From positions 24,778 to 88,777 of the forward strand of contig CAXXMW010000008.1 of assembly GCA_963669225.2 (NCBI GenBank): a stretch of DNA of 64,000 nucleotides, read 5' to 3'. Under the pieces are notes generated by a model that was given only the letters and a program-made list of their open reading frames with translations, searched no databases and was not told where the DNA came from. This stretch comes from an uncultured Arenicella sp. (lineage in GTDB: Bacteria > Pseudomonadota > Gammaproteobacteria > Arenicellales > Arenicellaceae). Below are positions 8,514 to 18,500 of the stretch, one piece after another; position 1 is the first letter of the stretch; each line of letters begins with the position of its first letter. Made by a program: the position numbers and the translations under genes.

Positions 8514-8758
8514 CGCCGACCCATTCAACAATACAATAAATATCCATTCATCCATCGCCTTTTGCGCTACAATCACCAAAATACCACATTTGCTCTATGA
8601 AGAAGTCCTACTTAAAATCCCGAGATTCATGAATGATTTTATGATTTATTTACAATGAATGTGATGGGAATGGGAGAAAAACCCCGAAATATATATAAAA
8701 ACAAGGAAAAATCCCCCGTTTGGTTGCCCTCCCATCCCCCCGTCTATAAAATTGGAGG

Positions 8759-8798
8759 CCGACTGTTTTCCGGGGCGAAAGAACCGGAAACAAGTCGG
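8759..8798. other. 3' UTR stem-loop CCGACT-GTTTTCCGG-GGCGAAAGAA-CCGGAAAC-A-AGTCGG
   Basis: About 14 bp of stem with two single-base bulges; unchanged in all tails inspected. Confidence 0.65.
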
Positions 8799-8911
8799 AC
8801 CTACCCTAGGTGGGGCAGGGATCCTAATCTACAGGGGTGAAAAGAATTTAGGGGTCGGGCGCGGTATGGGTTAATACAAGTAGGTGATATGATTTTTATA
8901 CATATGAATGT

Positions 8912-8984
8912 TCAAGATCTTCAGTAAACGTGGACTGGGATACGGATTGAGGTACAAAAATAATGGGGATGGGGAAGATCTTGA
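8912..8984. other. 11-bp perfect inverted repeat TCAAGATCTTC ... GAAGATCTTGA enclosing 51 nt
   Basis: 8912-8922 and 8974-8984 are exact reverse complements; conserved between units. Confidence 0.6.
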
Positions 8985-9092
8985 GAACTAACAACTAGAT
9001 GACGGGGACAATGACTCACAAACATACTGCTAACTAGGTACCTGGGTACCAAAAGAAAAAGGGAACAGTTTTACTCACCAGGGGTGGGGTCC

Positions 9093-12000
9093 CTAAGGAC
9101 CCGTACCGTAGACGCCATGAGCCGGCAGAGGAGGGAAGGATGACTCCAACGTTGCTCCCTTTCGCACGACCAGGCTCGCTGCATTCACCCACCTTTTGCT
9201 GAATGTTATGCGATCCAAGCGTTTTCTATCGCATCTGATTTTGACCCTCAGCTGATGCCGAAAATACAAAATCAGATCACGATGAGAAAAGTTTGCATCG
9301 TCATACAATCCCTTGTTTCGCGTCGTCCAAATCACCATTCTAGCTACAGCTAGGATCGCGAGAAACACCACACGCTTCTCACCCTGATACGGAGGAAGAA
9401 CGTTGTCCACGACGTAACCAACGTCGAGCAGCACGAGCTGTTTGGGTTCGATGCGAGCCGTCCACTCGCCGACGTGATCCCAAAACGGGCGAACTCGCTC
9501 GCAGTAGTAGAAGGCGTGCTCAGCCGTTTCTTCCAAGCCACTGCCGCAGCGAGCGCAATCGGGCATGTCTGCCAGGCCCGCTTTGTAGTTCAAGCCGACA
9601 AGGGGTAACGCATTTCGCACAAGTCGCCAGGTGAGCGAGAACTCGGAGTTGTTCAAGAAGCTCGATCCTGGCGCCCAATTCCAATGAGAGCGAATCTCCT
9701 CCGTCGTCCAGCCGTGCCGCTCGCTGAGAGGATCAGAAGCGGAACCCACCACTAGCTCCCGATATAGTTCTTTTCGAGGCCGTGAAAGGTCACTGGACCC
9801 AAGAAGGTTACGAAGGGCCGTTCGGCACTCGCGGACAAACAGTGTTTCGCCCAAAGGCCTACGTCGACCTTCAGCCTTTGGGTCTGACTTTAGGCGAGGA
9901 AAAGTCCGACTCGCCTTCAGTCTCCACACTGCGTCCCCCGTCAAAGCTCTGCCCAGGTATGCAAGTCTTTCAGCAAGCCAGTGGCTCTCCAGATCAGGCA
10001 TACCTAGACCCCCGTTGCGTGTACGTTGGATACAGACCTGCCTACGGACCATCGGCCTTGCACCTCCCCAGAGCAATCTGGAAAGGGATCGTTGCAGCGC
10101 CAACCGATTTACCTTAGGCAGAGGAAGTACAGCCAATCGGTAAAGGATCAAGGGGAAGACGTACACGGCGCACGCCTCCGCCCTGCCCTTTAAGGACAAC
10201 CTCCTTGAAAGCCAGATTCCCACCTGAGCATTCACCTTGGCTTGTATTTCCGACCAATTTCGCTCCAGTTGGAGGCCGGGCCCGAACCACACCCCGAGGA
10301 TGCGGACGGGTCCGTCACTCCAGCGGAACGGCCCCGGAAGAGTATTGCTACCCCTCCAAGCACCGAGCCGCAAACCTTCGCTTTTGTCAAAATTGACCTT
10401 GGCTCCTGCAATCCGCTCGTACTCGCTAACCGCCTTCTTCACAGCCTTTATATCCAGACGGCGGGATACAAACACTGTGATATCATCGGCGAACGCGGAA
10501 ACCCTTGCCGTAAGAGGGCCAGCAAAAGGGACACCGCGCAGGGCCGGATTTGCCGTCCTATCCCTAAGCCTACGGAGCAGGGGCTCCAAAGCTAGGACAT
10601 AGAGAAGAGGAGACAACGGGCAGCCCTGCCGGACCGACCGCTCGACCGCGAACACCGTCGAACGCCTTCCGTTCACCTGCACCACTGCCTGAGGGTTGTG
10701 GTACATCATGCTAATCCATCTGCGGAACTCCGGTTTGAATCCGGCAGTCTCCAAAACAGTCGCCAAAAACCGATGGTCAACCCTATCGAAGGCCTTGGAC
10801 TGATCTAAACTGATCAGCGCGGCCTCGGTGCCGTCTTCTATACCCTCTAGGACCTCGCGAATCAAGTGCAGGTTGTCCTGGATCGATCTTCCCTTCACAG
10901 CAAAGGTCTGCTCAGAGCCGATCAGATCGCTAATGACAAGCTGTAAACGATTCGCTAAGACCCGGGCCAAAATCTTTAACTCTGTGTTAAGCAGAGTTAT
11001 GGGCCTGTAATCGTCTAAACCCTCCCAAACATGCCTGCCACCTTTCTTCAGCAATGTGATCACGCCCTTGGTAACGCTACCAGGGATGGCTCCCTGGGCG
11101 AACCAATGGTTGAACATATCCGTCAGAATAGGCACAAACATGTGCGACATCCTCAAGTACACTTCGTAGGGCAAACCATCTAGTCCCGGCGACTTGTTCA
11201 GGCCGACCTGCTTCAACGCGTCACGGACTTCGCATTCAGTAACCACACCCTCGCAGCTAGCCGCTTCAGCCACCCCAAGGCGGGGAAAGTCGGCAAGATA
11301 GCTACGAAACTCCCGGAGCGGGAGATCAGTACAGCGGGCAAAGCGATCCCGAAAGTGCGCCCGAAAGGCGTCACGAATCTCACGAGTCGATCGCAGCAGT
11401 CGCCCATCCGGGGCCTTGACAGAACCGATATACCGATCGGGGAACCTTCGCACTTCTTCTTCACGCGCAGTCGCGTTCGTTTTCACAGCTTCGTTGAGAA
11501 CTCTCTTTAACCTAGATCTAACTACGTATCCCTTGTAGCGCTCGCTACTCTCGCGCTCAAGGTCCCCCCTAGCTAGCTCTACGTTTAGGGAGTCCCCCCC
11601 AGCCACCGCCCGGGAAAGTCTATCGTCTATAGATTTCGCTTCCTTGGTCCTATCTAGGTTGAGCTGTCGACCGTACTTGGTAGCGAAATCTCTAATCCTA
11701 TGTTTAAGAGATCCCCACCACCTATTCCCGGTAACCGCCCCCACTAACGCCCGCTGAATTAGGGATTCCAACCGGTCCCGGAAGTCCCGTATCTCCAGTA
11801 AGGAGGTATTGAACTTCCAGTAGCCGGCCAGACTAGGCCTATTTGCTAACCGTAGACTGACTCTAACAAGTTTATGGTCAGTCCACGCTATCAAGTGGAA
11901 CGTGGGACAACTAACAAAATCAATGTCAGCTCGTCTCACTAACACTCTGTCCAAGTAGGAGCCTACTTTGGCAGAGGGCGAACTATCTAGCCACGTCCAC

Positions 12001-12560
12001 ATCTCCCGCCCTGGGTGATCCAGACGAAACCTGTCGACGAGGTCATGACGAGTCATGAGGCCGGCAAGGCTGCTTTCACACCTTCCCACACGCCTAGCTC
12101 CCCGCCCGACCTTATCTATCTTGGGATCAAGGATCGCATTCCAATCACCCATTAAAACTAGCCGCTTCGTATCGTCCAGGAACGGCGCCAACCGACGAAA
12201 AAAGGAAACCCTCTCCACAACGATATTGGGCGCATAAACCGCAACCAGACGAAACTTGAAACTTTTCACGGCAACATCGGCCACAACCAGTCGGCCCCCG
12301 TCACCTGCAAAAACAACGTCAACATCAGCATCAAGGCTGCGTCCAACTAGCAAAGAAACCCCAACGCTGGTACGGCTGCCGTATGCTGAGAAAACGTTAA
12401 AATCGCTTTCCAGCACACGACAGTCGGCACCGCAAGTGAAGTGGGTTTCCTGCACTGCAGCAACATCTACGCCGAGAGTTTTAAGTTCACCAAGCAAGCG
12501 CGTACACTTGCCCGGATCCCTCAATCCCCTCACATTCAAAGTAGCAAGGTTTAGAGCCAT
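9093..12560 (-). CDS. U2 ORF2p (APE-EN/RT/CCHC), intact
   Basis: Open frame in the track (9093..12569); same catalytic motifs as U1. Confidence 0.96.
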   Translation of the reverse strand: MALNLATLNVRGLRDPGKCTRLLGELKTLGVDVAAVQETHFTCGADCRVLESDFNVFSAYGSRTSVGVSLLVGRSLDADVDVVFAGDGGRLVVADVAVKSFKFRLVAVYAPNIVVERVSFFRRLAPFLDDTKRLVLMGDWNAILDPKIDKVGRGARRVGRCESSLAGLMTRHDLVDRFRLDHPGREMWTWLDSSPSAKVGSYLDRVLVRRADIDFVSCPTFHLIAWTDHKLVRVSLRLANRPSLAGYWKFNTSLLEIRDFRDRLESLIQRALVGAVTGNRWWGSLKHRIRDFATKYGRQLNLDRTKEAKSIDDRLSRAVAGGDSLNVELARGDLERESSERYKGYVVRSRLKRVLNEAVKTNATAREEEVRRFPDRYIGSVKAPDGRLLRSTREIRDAFRAHFRDRFARCTDLPLREFRSYLADFPRLGVAEAASCEGVVTECEVRDALKQVGLNKSPGLDGLPYEVYLRMSHMFVPILTDMFNHWFAQGAIPGSVTKGVITLLKKGGRHVWEGLDDYRPITLLNTELKILARVLANRLQLVISDLIGSEQTFAVKGRSIQDNLHLIREVLEGIEDGTEAALISLDQSKAFDRVDHRFLATVLETAGFKPEFRRWISMMYHNPQAVVQVNGRRSTVFAVERSVRQGCPLSPLLYVLALEPLLRRLRDRTANPALRGVPFAGPLTARVSAFADDITVFVSRRLDIKAVKKAVSEYERIAGAKVNFDKSEGLRLGAWRGSNTLPGPFRWSDGPVRILGVWFGPGLQLERNWSEIQAKVNAQVGIWLSRRLSLKGRAEACAVYVFPLILYRLAVLPLPKVNRLALQRSLSRLLWGGARPMVRRQVCIQRTRNGGLGMPDLESHWLAERLAYLGRALTGDAVWRLKASRTFPRLKSDPKAEGRRRPLGETLFVRECRTALRNLLGSSDLSRPRKELYRELVVGSASDPLSERHGWTTEEIRSHWNWAPGSSFLNNSEFSLTWRLVRNALPLVGLNYKAGLADMPDCARCGSGLEETAEHAFYYCERVRPFWDHVGEWTARIEPKQLVLLDVGYVVDNVLPPYQGEKRVVFLAILAVARMVIWTTRNKGLYDDANFSHRDLILYFRHQLRVKIRCDRKRLDRITFSKRWVNAASLVVRKGATLESSFPPLPAHGVYGTGP

Positions 12561-12574
12561 CAATCCCACTTACC

Positions 12575-14518
12575 TTACTCAGTGTCGACTACGGGCCGGA
12601 AATCCTTGGGAGTAAGGATGCCGACGGCCTGACGCAGGGATCCGGTGCCGAGCTCAGTACTTACTCGGTCGTCCCTGGTAATTCCACCGACATCCATAGG
12701 GTACCGCAACTTTAGGGACCTATAGAATGATGGGTGAACCAAAATCGGGACCCTGCCCGCACAGAAGGGTAGCATTTTTTTCAGCATTGGATTTTTCGTA
12801 TCGACCAGCATTACATCCGCCCGGCTGGCTTCGTCAATAAAGTTCCAAAGTTCTTTGGTCCGATTGCCAGCCAAGCGGACGAATGTGGTCAATTTTGGTG
12901 CGTCCTTGAATAGATGTGGTTTTGTGATGTCTTTAGTGTCAATTTTTTGGAGTGAGCGTAATGGTTTTAATGATTGTTTTAAAGTGTGGTCTATGTGTGG
13001 ATTGTCCATGATATCTTCGCAGAAGTAAAAAGAGTTTATGGCACGTCGGGCTTCCGTAGAGCGTGCTCTTGGTTTTTGAACAGTTGCTGCTGATGTTGAC
13101 GGTGTTTGGGGAGAGGGTGTAAGTCTGGTTGCTGAATAGGATCGAGTAAGCATTTTGGGGGTTTTAATTGGTGAAAGAGAGGGGGGTAATGGTGTTTCTG
13201 TTGGGATGATAGGGGTGGTTTTTGTTTTTTGTGGGAGAGGAATCAATTGTGCTGGTCTTTGTTTATTTTGGACTGGCGATTTTTCTGTTGTTTTTTCCCC
13301 CTTATGCTGAGGTATGGTGGTTGTTTGTGTGGGTTTTTTTGGATGTTTTTTCTCCCCCTCTTTAGTTGGTGAATCCTCGCTGTTTCTCCTTCTTTTTAAA
13401 TTCATGGACATATCCATCGGTTCAATGTTTTGATTGTCTTCTTTTGTTGATTGTTTTGCAGTTGATTGTTTCGTATTTGTGGTCGTTGGTTTCGTAGTTG
13501 TAGTCAAAAGAGTTGTTGTATCTGTTGTTGCTGGTTTTTTAGGGGGAGTTTTTTTCCCTCCCTTTTTTTTGGTGACTTGCGTCCACCCTTCTTCATTTTC
13601 TTTAGGGGTTTCTTGTTTGTTTTCTGAGGTTTCTGTTTGTATTATTGCTGCTATGACAGGTGAAGGAGTAGCAGTAGTAGTAGTAGTATTCGTTGTTGTG
13701 GTGGTGATTGTTGATTTTTGAGGGCAGTTTTTTGAAAAGTGGCCGATGTTATTGCAAAACCAACATAGCGGTTTCCTGCCCTCAACTATGACTGTCATGG
13801 TTTGTTCGCGGTATCGTATTTTATGGGGAATTTTGTTAAACCCTCCCCTATCGAGGCACATAACGAATACGTAGTCACCGTACGCGGTTCCCCGTGTTGA
13901 CGTTACTTGTGTGACTTGTTCCACGCCGCCGTATATACTTAGATAGGCGGCGAGGACGTCACCACTCAATTGCATAGATACATTGCATACGGTGACTCGT
14001 ATTCTTCTTTTGCCTCGATATTCCGGTTGTAGCCGGAAGAAGCGTGTGGTGATGTTACCACCGGCGAGGCTTTTCGCTACTTCCTCTGAGGGTAATAAGA
14101 CATCCCAGGTCGCGAAACTTCTGCGGCAGAAGTATTTCCCTGGGATGTTTGCTGTTTTGAGAAGGTCCTCAAATGTCTCCTTTTTTATCCCCGCTAGTCT
14201 CTTGGTCTTAATGTCCGTGACTACGAAGGACAGGGTCTTTGGTTCGACCGCCTCGACCAATTCGGGTATTGGGAGAATTTCCCCGTCCTTGAAATATTTT
14301 TCATATTTTTCGACCCTGTCTCTTGCGTAGTCACAAGGGGATTTTTTATTCACGCAATGTGAAGACCAAGAGACAGCCGTTTGTTTTTGTTTTTGTGCCG
14401 GTGGTATTGTACTTGCCGATGAAGAGAGGTCGAATGGAGCTTCTTCCGGCATTGGGGAGGGTTGCGTTTGGAATATGTCGGTCGGTGATTGCGATTTCAT
14501 GTTGTTGGGCTCCCCCAT
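12575..14518 (-). CDS. U2 ORF1p, 647 aa nucleic-acid-binding protein
   Basis: RRM-like segment (IRVTVCNV...YLSIYGGVEQV...EGRKP) followed by a C-x2-C-x4-H-x4-C knuckle (CWFCNNIGHFSKNC, 13724-13765), as is typical of Tx1-type ORF1; then a T/P/K-rich tract and a C-terminal domain. Confidence 0.92.
   Translation of the reverse strand: MGEPNNMKSQSPTDIFQTQPSPMPEEAPFDLSSSASTIPPAQKQKQTAVSWSSHCVNKKSPCDYARDRVEKYEKYFKDGEILPIPELVEAVEPKTLSFVVTDIKTKRLAGIKKETFEDLLKTANIPGKYFCRRSFATWDVLLPSEEVAKSLAGGNITTRFFRLQPEYRGKRRIRVTVCNVSMQLSGDVLAAYLSIYGGVEQVTQVTSTRGTAYGDYVFVMCLDRGGFNKIPHKIRYREQTMTVIVEGRKPLCWFCNNIGHFSKNCPQKSTITTTTTNTTTTTATPSPVIAAIIQTETSENKQETPKENEEGWTQVTKKKGGKKTPPKKPATTDTTTLLTTTTKPTTTNTKQSTAKQSTKEDNQNIEPMDMSMNLKRRRNSEDSPTKEGEKKHPKKPTQTTTIPQHKGEKTTEKSPVQNKQRPAQLIPLPQKTKTTPIIPTETPLPPSLSPIKTPKMLTRSYSATRLTPSPQTPSTSAATVQKPRARSTEARRAINSFYFCEDIMDNPHIDHTLKQSLKPLRSLQKIDTKDITKPHLFKDAPKLTTFVRLAGNRTKELWNFIDEASRADVMLVDTKNPMLKKMLPFCAGRVPILVHPSFYRSLKLRYPMDVGGITRDDRVSTELGTGSLRQAVGILTPKDFRPVVDTE
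13668..13712 (-). repeat. Coding trinucleotide microsatellite (ACC/ACA/ACT)n giving a poly-Thr tract in ORF1
   Basis: Plus strand reads GCAGTAGTAGTAGTAGTATTCGTTGTTGTGGTGGTG; length varies by whole codons among units. Confidence 0.8.
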
Positions 14519-15527
14519 AGTTGTGAAAACACAACCAGAGGGAGATGAAACGCGTATGGTGTTGCAAAAAATTCAGGCGAGACGAATAAATGTAGAACGA
14601 TGAATGTTGATAAAAATGGCGGTCGTTTTTTTAAAAAAGTTCAACAAAAAAATCGAGTCGCGTTTGACCCTCCTCACAAACAAAGAACAATAGTTTGAGG
14701 GGGGTCACAAAACTTTAACAATGATAACAATATTCAATAACAATAATTTAAACAAATTTTTAACAATAAAGAACTTACTTTTTCGTGGTGAAAAAGAACT
14801 CAGACAAAAAATTCACCTTCTAGTCTGCTTTATTTCTGTGTAGTGTACACAGAAGGCACAAGGCCTTGAAGTTTTTGGGGAGGGGAAGGGAGCGGTCATA
14901 CTTTTCTATATAAACTAAGGAGACCTAGCTAGCCACATTCGCCGACCCATTCAACAATACAATAAATATCCATTCATCCATCGCCTTTTGCGCTACAATC
15001 ACCACAATACCACATTTGCTCTATGAAGAAGTCCTACTTAAAATCCCGAGATTCATGAATGATTTTATTTACAAGTATGATTTATTTACAATGAATGTGA
15101 TGGGAATGGGAGAAAAACCCCGAAATATATATAAAAACAAGGAAAAATCCCCCGTTTGGTTGCCCTCCCATCCCCCCGTCTATAAAATTGGAGGCCGACT
15201 GTTTTCCGGGGCGAAAGAACCGGAAACAAGTCGGACCTACCCTAGGTGGGGCAGGGATCCTAATCTACAGGGGTGAAAAGAATTTAGGGGTCGGGCGCGG
15301 TATGGGTTAATACAAGTAGGTGATATGATTTTTATACATATGAATGTTCAAGATCTTCAGTAAACGTGGACTGGGATGCGGGTTCAGGTACAAAAATAAT
15401 GGGGATGGGGAAGATCTTGAGAACTAACAACTAGATGACGGGGACAATGACTCACAAACATACTGCTAACTAGGTACCTGGGTACCAAAGAAAAAGGGAA
15501 CAGTTTTACTCACCAGGGGTGGGGTCC

Positions 15528-18500
15528 CTAAGGACCCGTACCGTAGACGCCATGAGCCGGCAGAGGAGGGAAGGATGACTCCAACGTTGCTCCCTTTCGC
15601 ACGACCAGGCTCGCTGCATTCACCCACCTTTTGCTGAATGTTATGCGATCCAAGCGTTTTCTATCGCATCTGATTTTGACCCTCAGCTGATGCCGAAAAT
15701 ACAAAATCAGATCACGATGAGAAAAGTTTGCATCGTCATACAATCCCTTGTTTCGCGTCGTCCAAATCACCATTCTAGCTACAGCTAGGATCGCGAGAAA
15801 CACCACACGCTTCTCACCCTGATACGGAGGAAGAACGTTGTCCACGACGTAACCAACGTCGAGCAGCACGAGCTGTTTGGGTTCGATGCGAGCCGTCCAC
15901 TCGCCGACGTGATCCCAAAACGGGCGAACTCGCTCGCAGTAGTAGAAGGCGTGCTCAGCCGTTTCTTCCAAGCCACTGCCGCAGCGAGCGCAATCGGGCA
16001 TGTCTGCCAGGCCCGCTTTGTAGTTCAAGCCGACAAGGGGTAACGCATTTCGCACAAGTCGCCAGGTGAGCGAGAACTCGGAGTTGTTCAAGAAGCTCGA
16101 TCCTGGCGCCCAATTCCAATGAGAGCGAATCTCCTCCGTCGTCCAGCCGTGCCGCTCGCTGAGAGGATCAGAAGCGGAACCCACCACTAGCTCCCGATAT
16201 AGTTCTTTTCGAGGCCGTGAAAGGTCACTGGACCCAAGAAGGTTACGAAGGGCCGTTCGGCACTCGCGGACAAACAGTGTTTCGCCCAAAGGCCTACGTC
16301 GACCTTCAGCCTTTGGGTCTGACTTTAGGCGAGGAAAAGTCCGACTCGCCTTCAGTCTCCACACTGCGTCCCCCGTCAAAGCTCTGCCCAGGTATGCAAG
16401 TCTTTCAGCAAGCCAGTGGCTCTCCAGATCAGGCATACCTAGACCCCCGTTGCGTGTACGTTGGATACAGACCTGCCTACGGACCATCGGCCTTGCACCT
16501 CCCCAGAGCAATCTGGAAAGGGATCGTTGCAGCGCCAACCGATTTACCTTAGGCAGAGGAAGTACAGCCAATCGGTAAAGGATCAAGGGGAAGACGTACA
16601 CGGCGCACGCCTCCGCCCTGCCCTTTAAGGACAACCTCCTTGAAAGCCAGATTCCCACCTGAGCATTCACCTTGGCTTGTATTTCCGACCAATTTCGCTC
16701 CAGTTGGAGGCCGGGCCCGAACCACACCCCGAGGATGCGGACGGGTCCGTCACTCCAGCGGAACGGCCCCGGAAGAGTATTGCTACCCCTCCAAGCACCG
16801 AGCCGCAAACCTTCGCTTTTGTCAAAATTGACCTTGGCTCCTGCAATCCGCTCGTACTCGCTAACCGCCTTCTTCACAGCCTTTATATCCAGACGGCGGG
16901 ATACAAACACTGTGATATCATCGGCGAACGCGGAAACCCTTGCCGTAAGAGGGCCAGCAAAAGGGACACCGCGCAGGGCCGGATTTGCCGTCCTATCCCT
17001 AAGCCTACGGAGCAGGGGCTCCAAAGCTAGGACATAGAGAAGAGGAGACAACGGGCAGCCCTGCCGGACCGACCGCTCGACCGCGAACACCGTCGAACGC
17101 CTTCCGTTCACCTGCACCACTGCCTGAGGGTTGTGGTACATCATGCTAATCCATCTGCGGAACTCCGGTTTGAATCCGGCAGTCTCCAAAACAGTCGCCA
17201 AAAACCGATGGTCAACCCTATCGAAGGCCTTGGACTGATCTAAACTGATCAGCGCGGCCTCGGTGTCGTCTTCTATACCCTCTAGGACCTCGCGAATCAA
17301 GTGCAGGTTGTCCTGGATCGATCTTCCCTTCACAGCAAAGGTCTGCTCAGAGCCGATCAGATCGCTAATGACAAGCTGTAAACGATTCGCTAAGACCCGG
17401 GCCAAAATCTTTAACTCTGTGTTAAGCAGAGTTATGGGCCTGTAATCGTCTAAACCCTCCCAAACATGCCTGCCACCTTTCTTCAGCAATGTGATCACGC
17501 CCTTGGTAACGCTACCAGGGATGGCTCCCTGGGCGAACCAATGGTTGAACATATCCGTCAGAATAGGCACAAACATGTGCGACATCCTCAAGTACACTTC
17601 GTAGGGCAAACCATCTAGTCCCGGCGACTTGTTCAGGCCGACCTGCTTCAACGCGTCACGGACTTCGCATTCAGTAACCACACCCTCGCAGCTAGCCGCT
17701 TCAGCCACCCCAAGGCGGGGAAAGTCGGCAAGATAGCTACGAAACTCCCGGAGCGGGAGATCAGTACAGCGGGCAAAGCGATCCCGAAAGTGCGCCCGAA
17801 AGGCGTCACGAATCTCGCGAGCCGATCGCAGCAGTCGCCCATCCGGGGCCTTGACAGAACCGATATACCGATCGGGGAACCTTCGCACTTCTTCTTCACG
17901 CGCAGTCGCGTTCGTTTTCACAGCTTCGTTGAGAACTCTCTTTAACCTAGATCTAACTACGTATCCCTTGTAGCGCTCGCTACTCTCGCGCTCAAGGTCC
18001 CCCCTAGCTAGCTCTACGTTTAGGGAGTCCCCCCCAGCCACCGCCCGGGAAAGTCTATCGTCTATAGATTTCGCTTCCTTGGTCCTATCTAGGTTGAGCT
18101 GTCGACCGTACTTGGTAGCGAAATCTCTAATCCTATGTTTAAGAGATCCCCACCACCTATTCCCGGTAACCGCCCCCACTAACGCCCGCTGAATTAGGGA
18201 TTCCAGCCGGTCCCGGAAGTCCCGTATCTCCAGTAAGGAGGTATTGAACTTCCAGTAGCCGGCCAGACTAGGCCTATTTGCTAACCGTAGACTGACTCTA
18301 ACAAGTTTATGGTCAGTCCACGCTATCAAGTGGAACGTGGGACAACTAACAAAATCAATGTCAGCTCGTCTCACTAACACTCTGTCCAAGTAGGAGCCTA
18401 CTTTGGCAGAGGGCGAACTATCTAGCCACGTCCACATCTCCCGCCCTGGGTGATCCAGACGAAACCTGTCGACGAGGTCATGACGAGTCATGAGGCCGGC

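Larger units (their letters stand above)
8386..9092 (-). other. 3' UTR (~707 nt; ~717 nt in the long allele), structured; repeated in each unit
   Basis: Between the ORF2 TAG and the terminus; contains inverted repeats at 8408-8428, 8759-8798 and 8912-8984. Confidence 0.8.
8386..14811 (-). mobile_element. U2 full-length element, both ORFs intact
   Basis: Junctions at 8385/8386 and 14811/14812; ORF2 1155 aa and ORF1 647 aa are open. Confidence 0.95.

Noticed and set aside
8655-8840. 61/86-aa plus-strand ORF (MNVMGMGEKP...) in the 3' UTR downstream of the candidate antisense promoter
   Set aside because: Frameshifted in U1 (and in the error-prone U6 tail), preceded by a short upstream ATG frame, overlaps RNA hairpins and has no protein-like features; not supportable as an ORF0-like gene.
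8810-8870. G-quadruplex from plus-strand G-runs in the 3' UTR
   Set aside because: The runs are separated by long loops or include only GG, and they lie on the non-mRNA strand; too weak to call.
8090-9092. Inter-ORF spacer as a remnant of a host target gene (tRNA, 5S, U1/U2/U5/U6 snRNA, rDNA, microsatellite)
   Set aside because: No cloverleaf, A/B box or recognisable snRNA/rRNA stretch was found by eye on either strand; TGTGTAGTGT resembles U2 only over a few bases and belongs to a hairpin.
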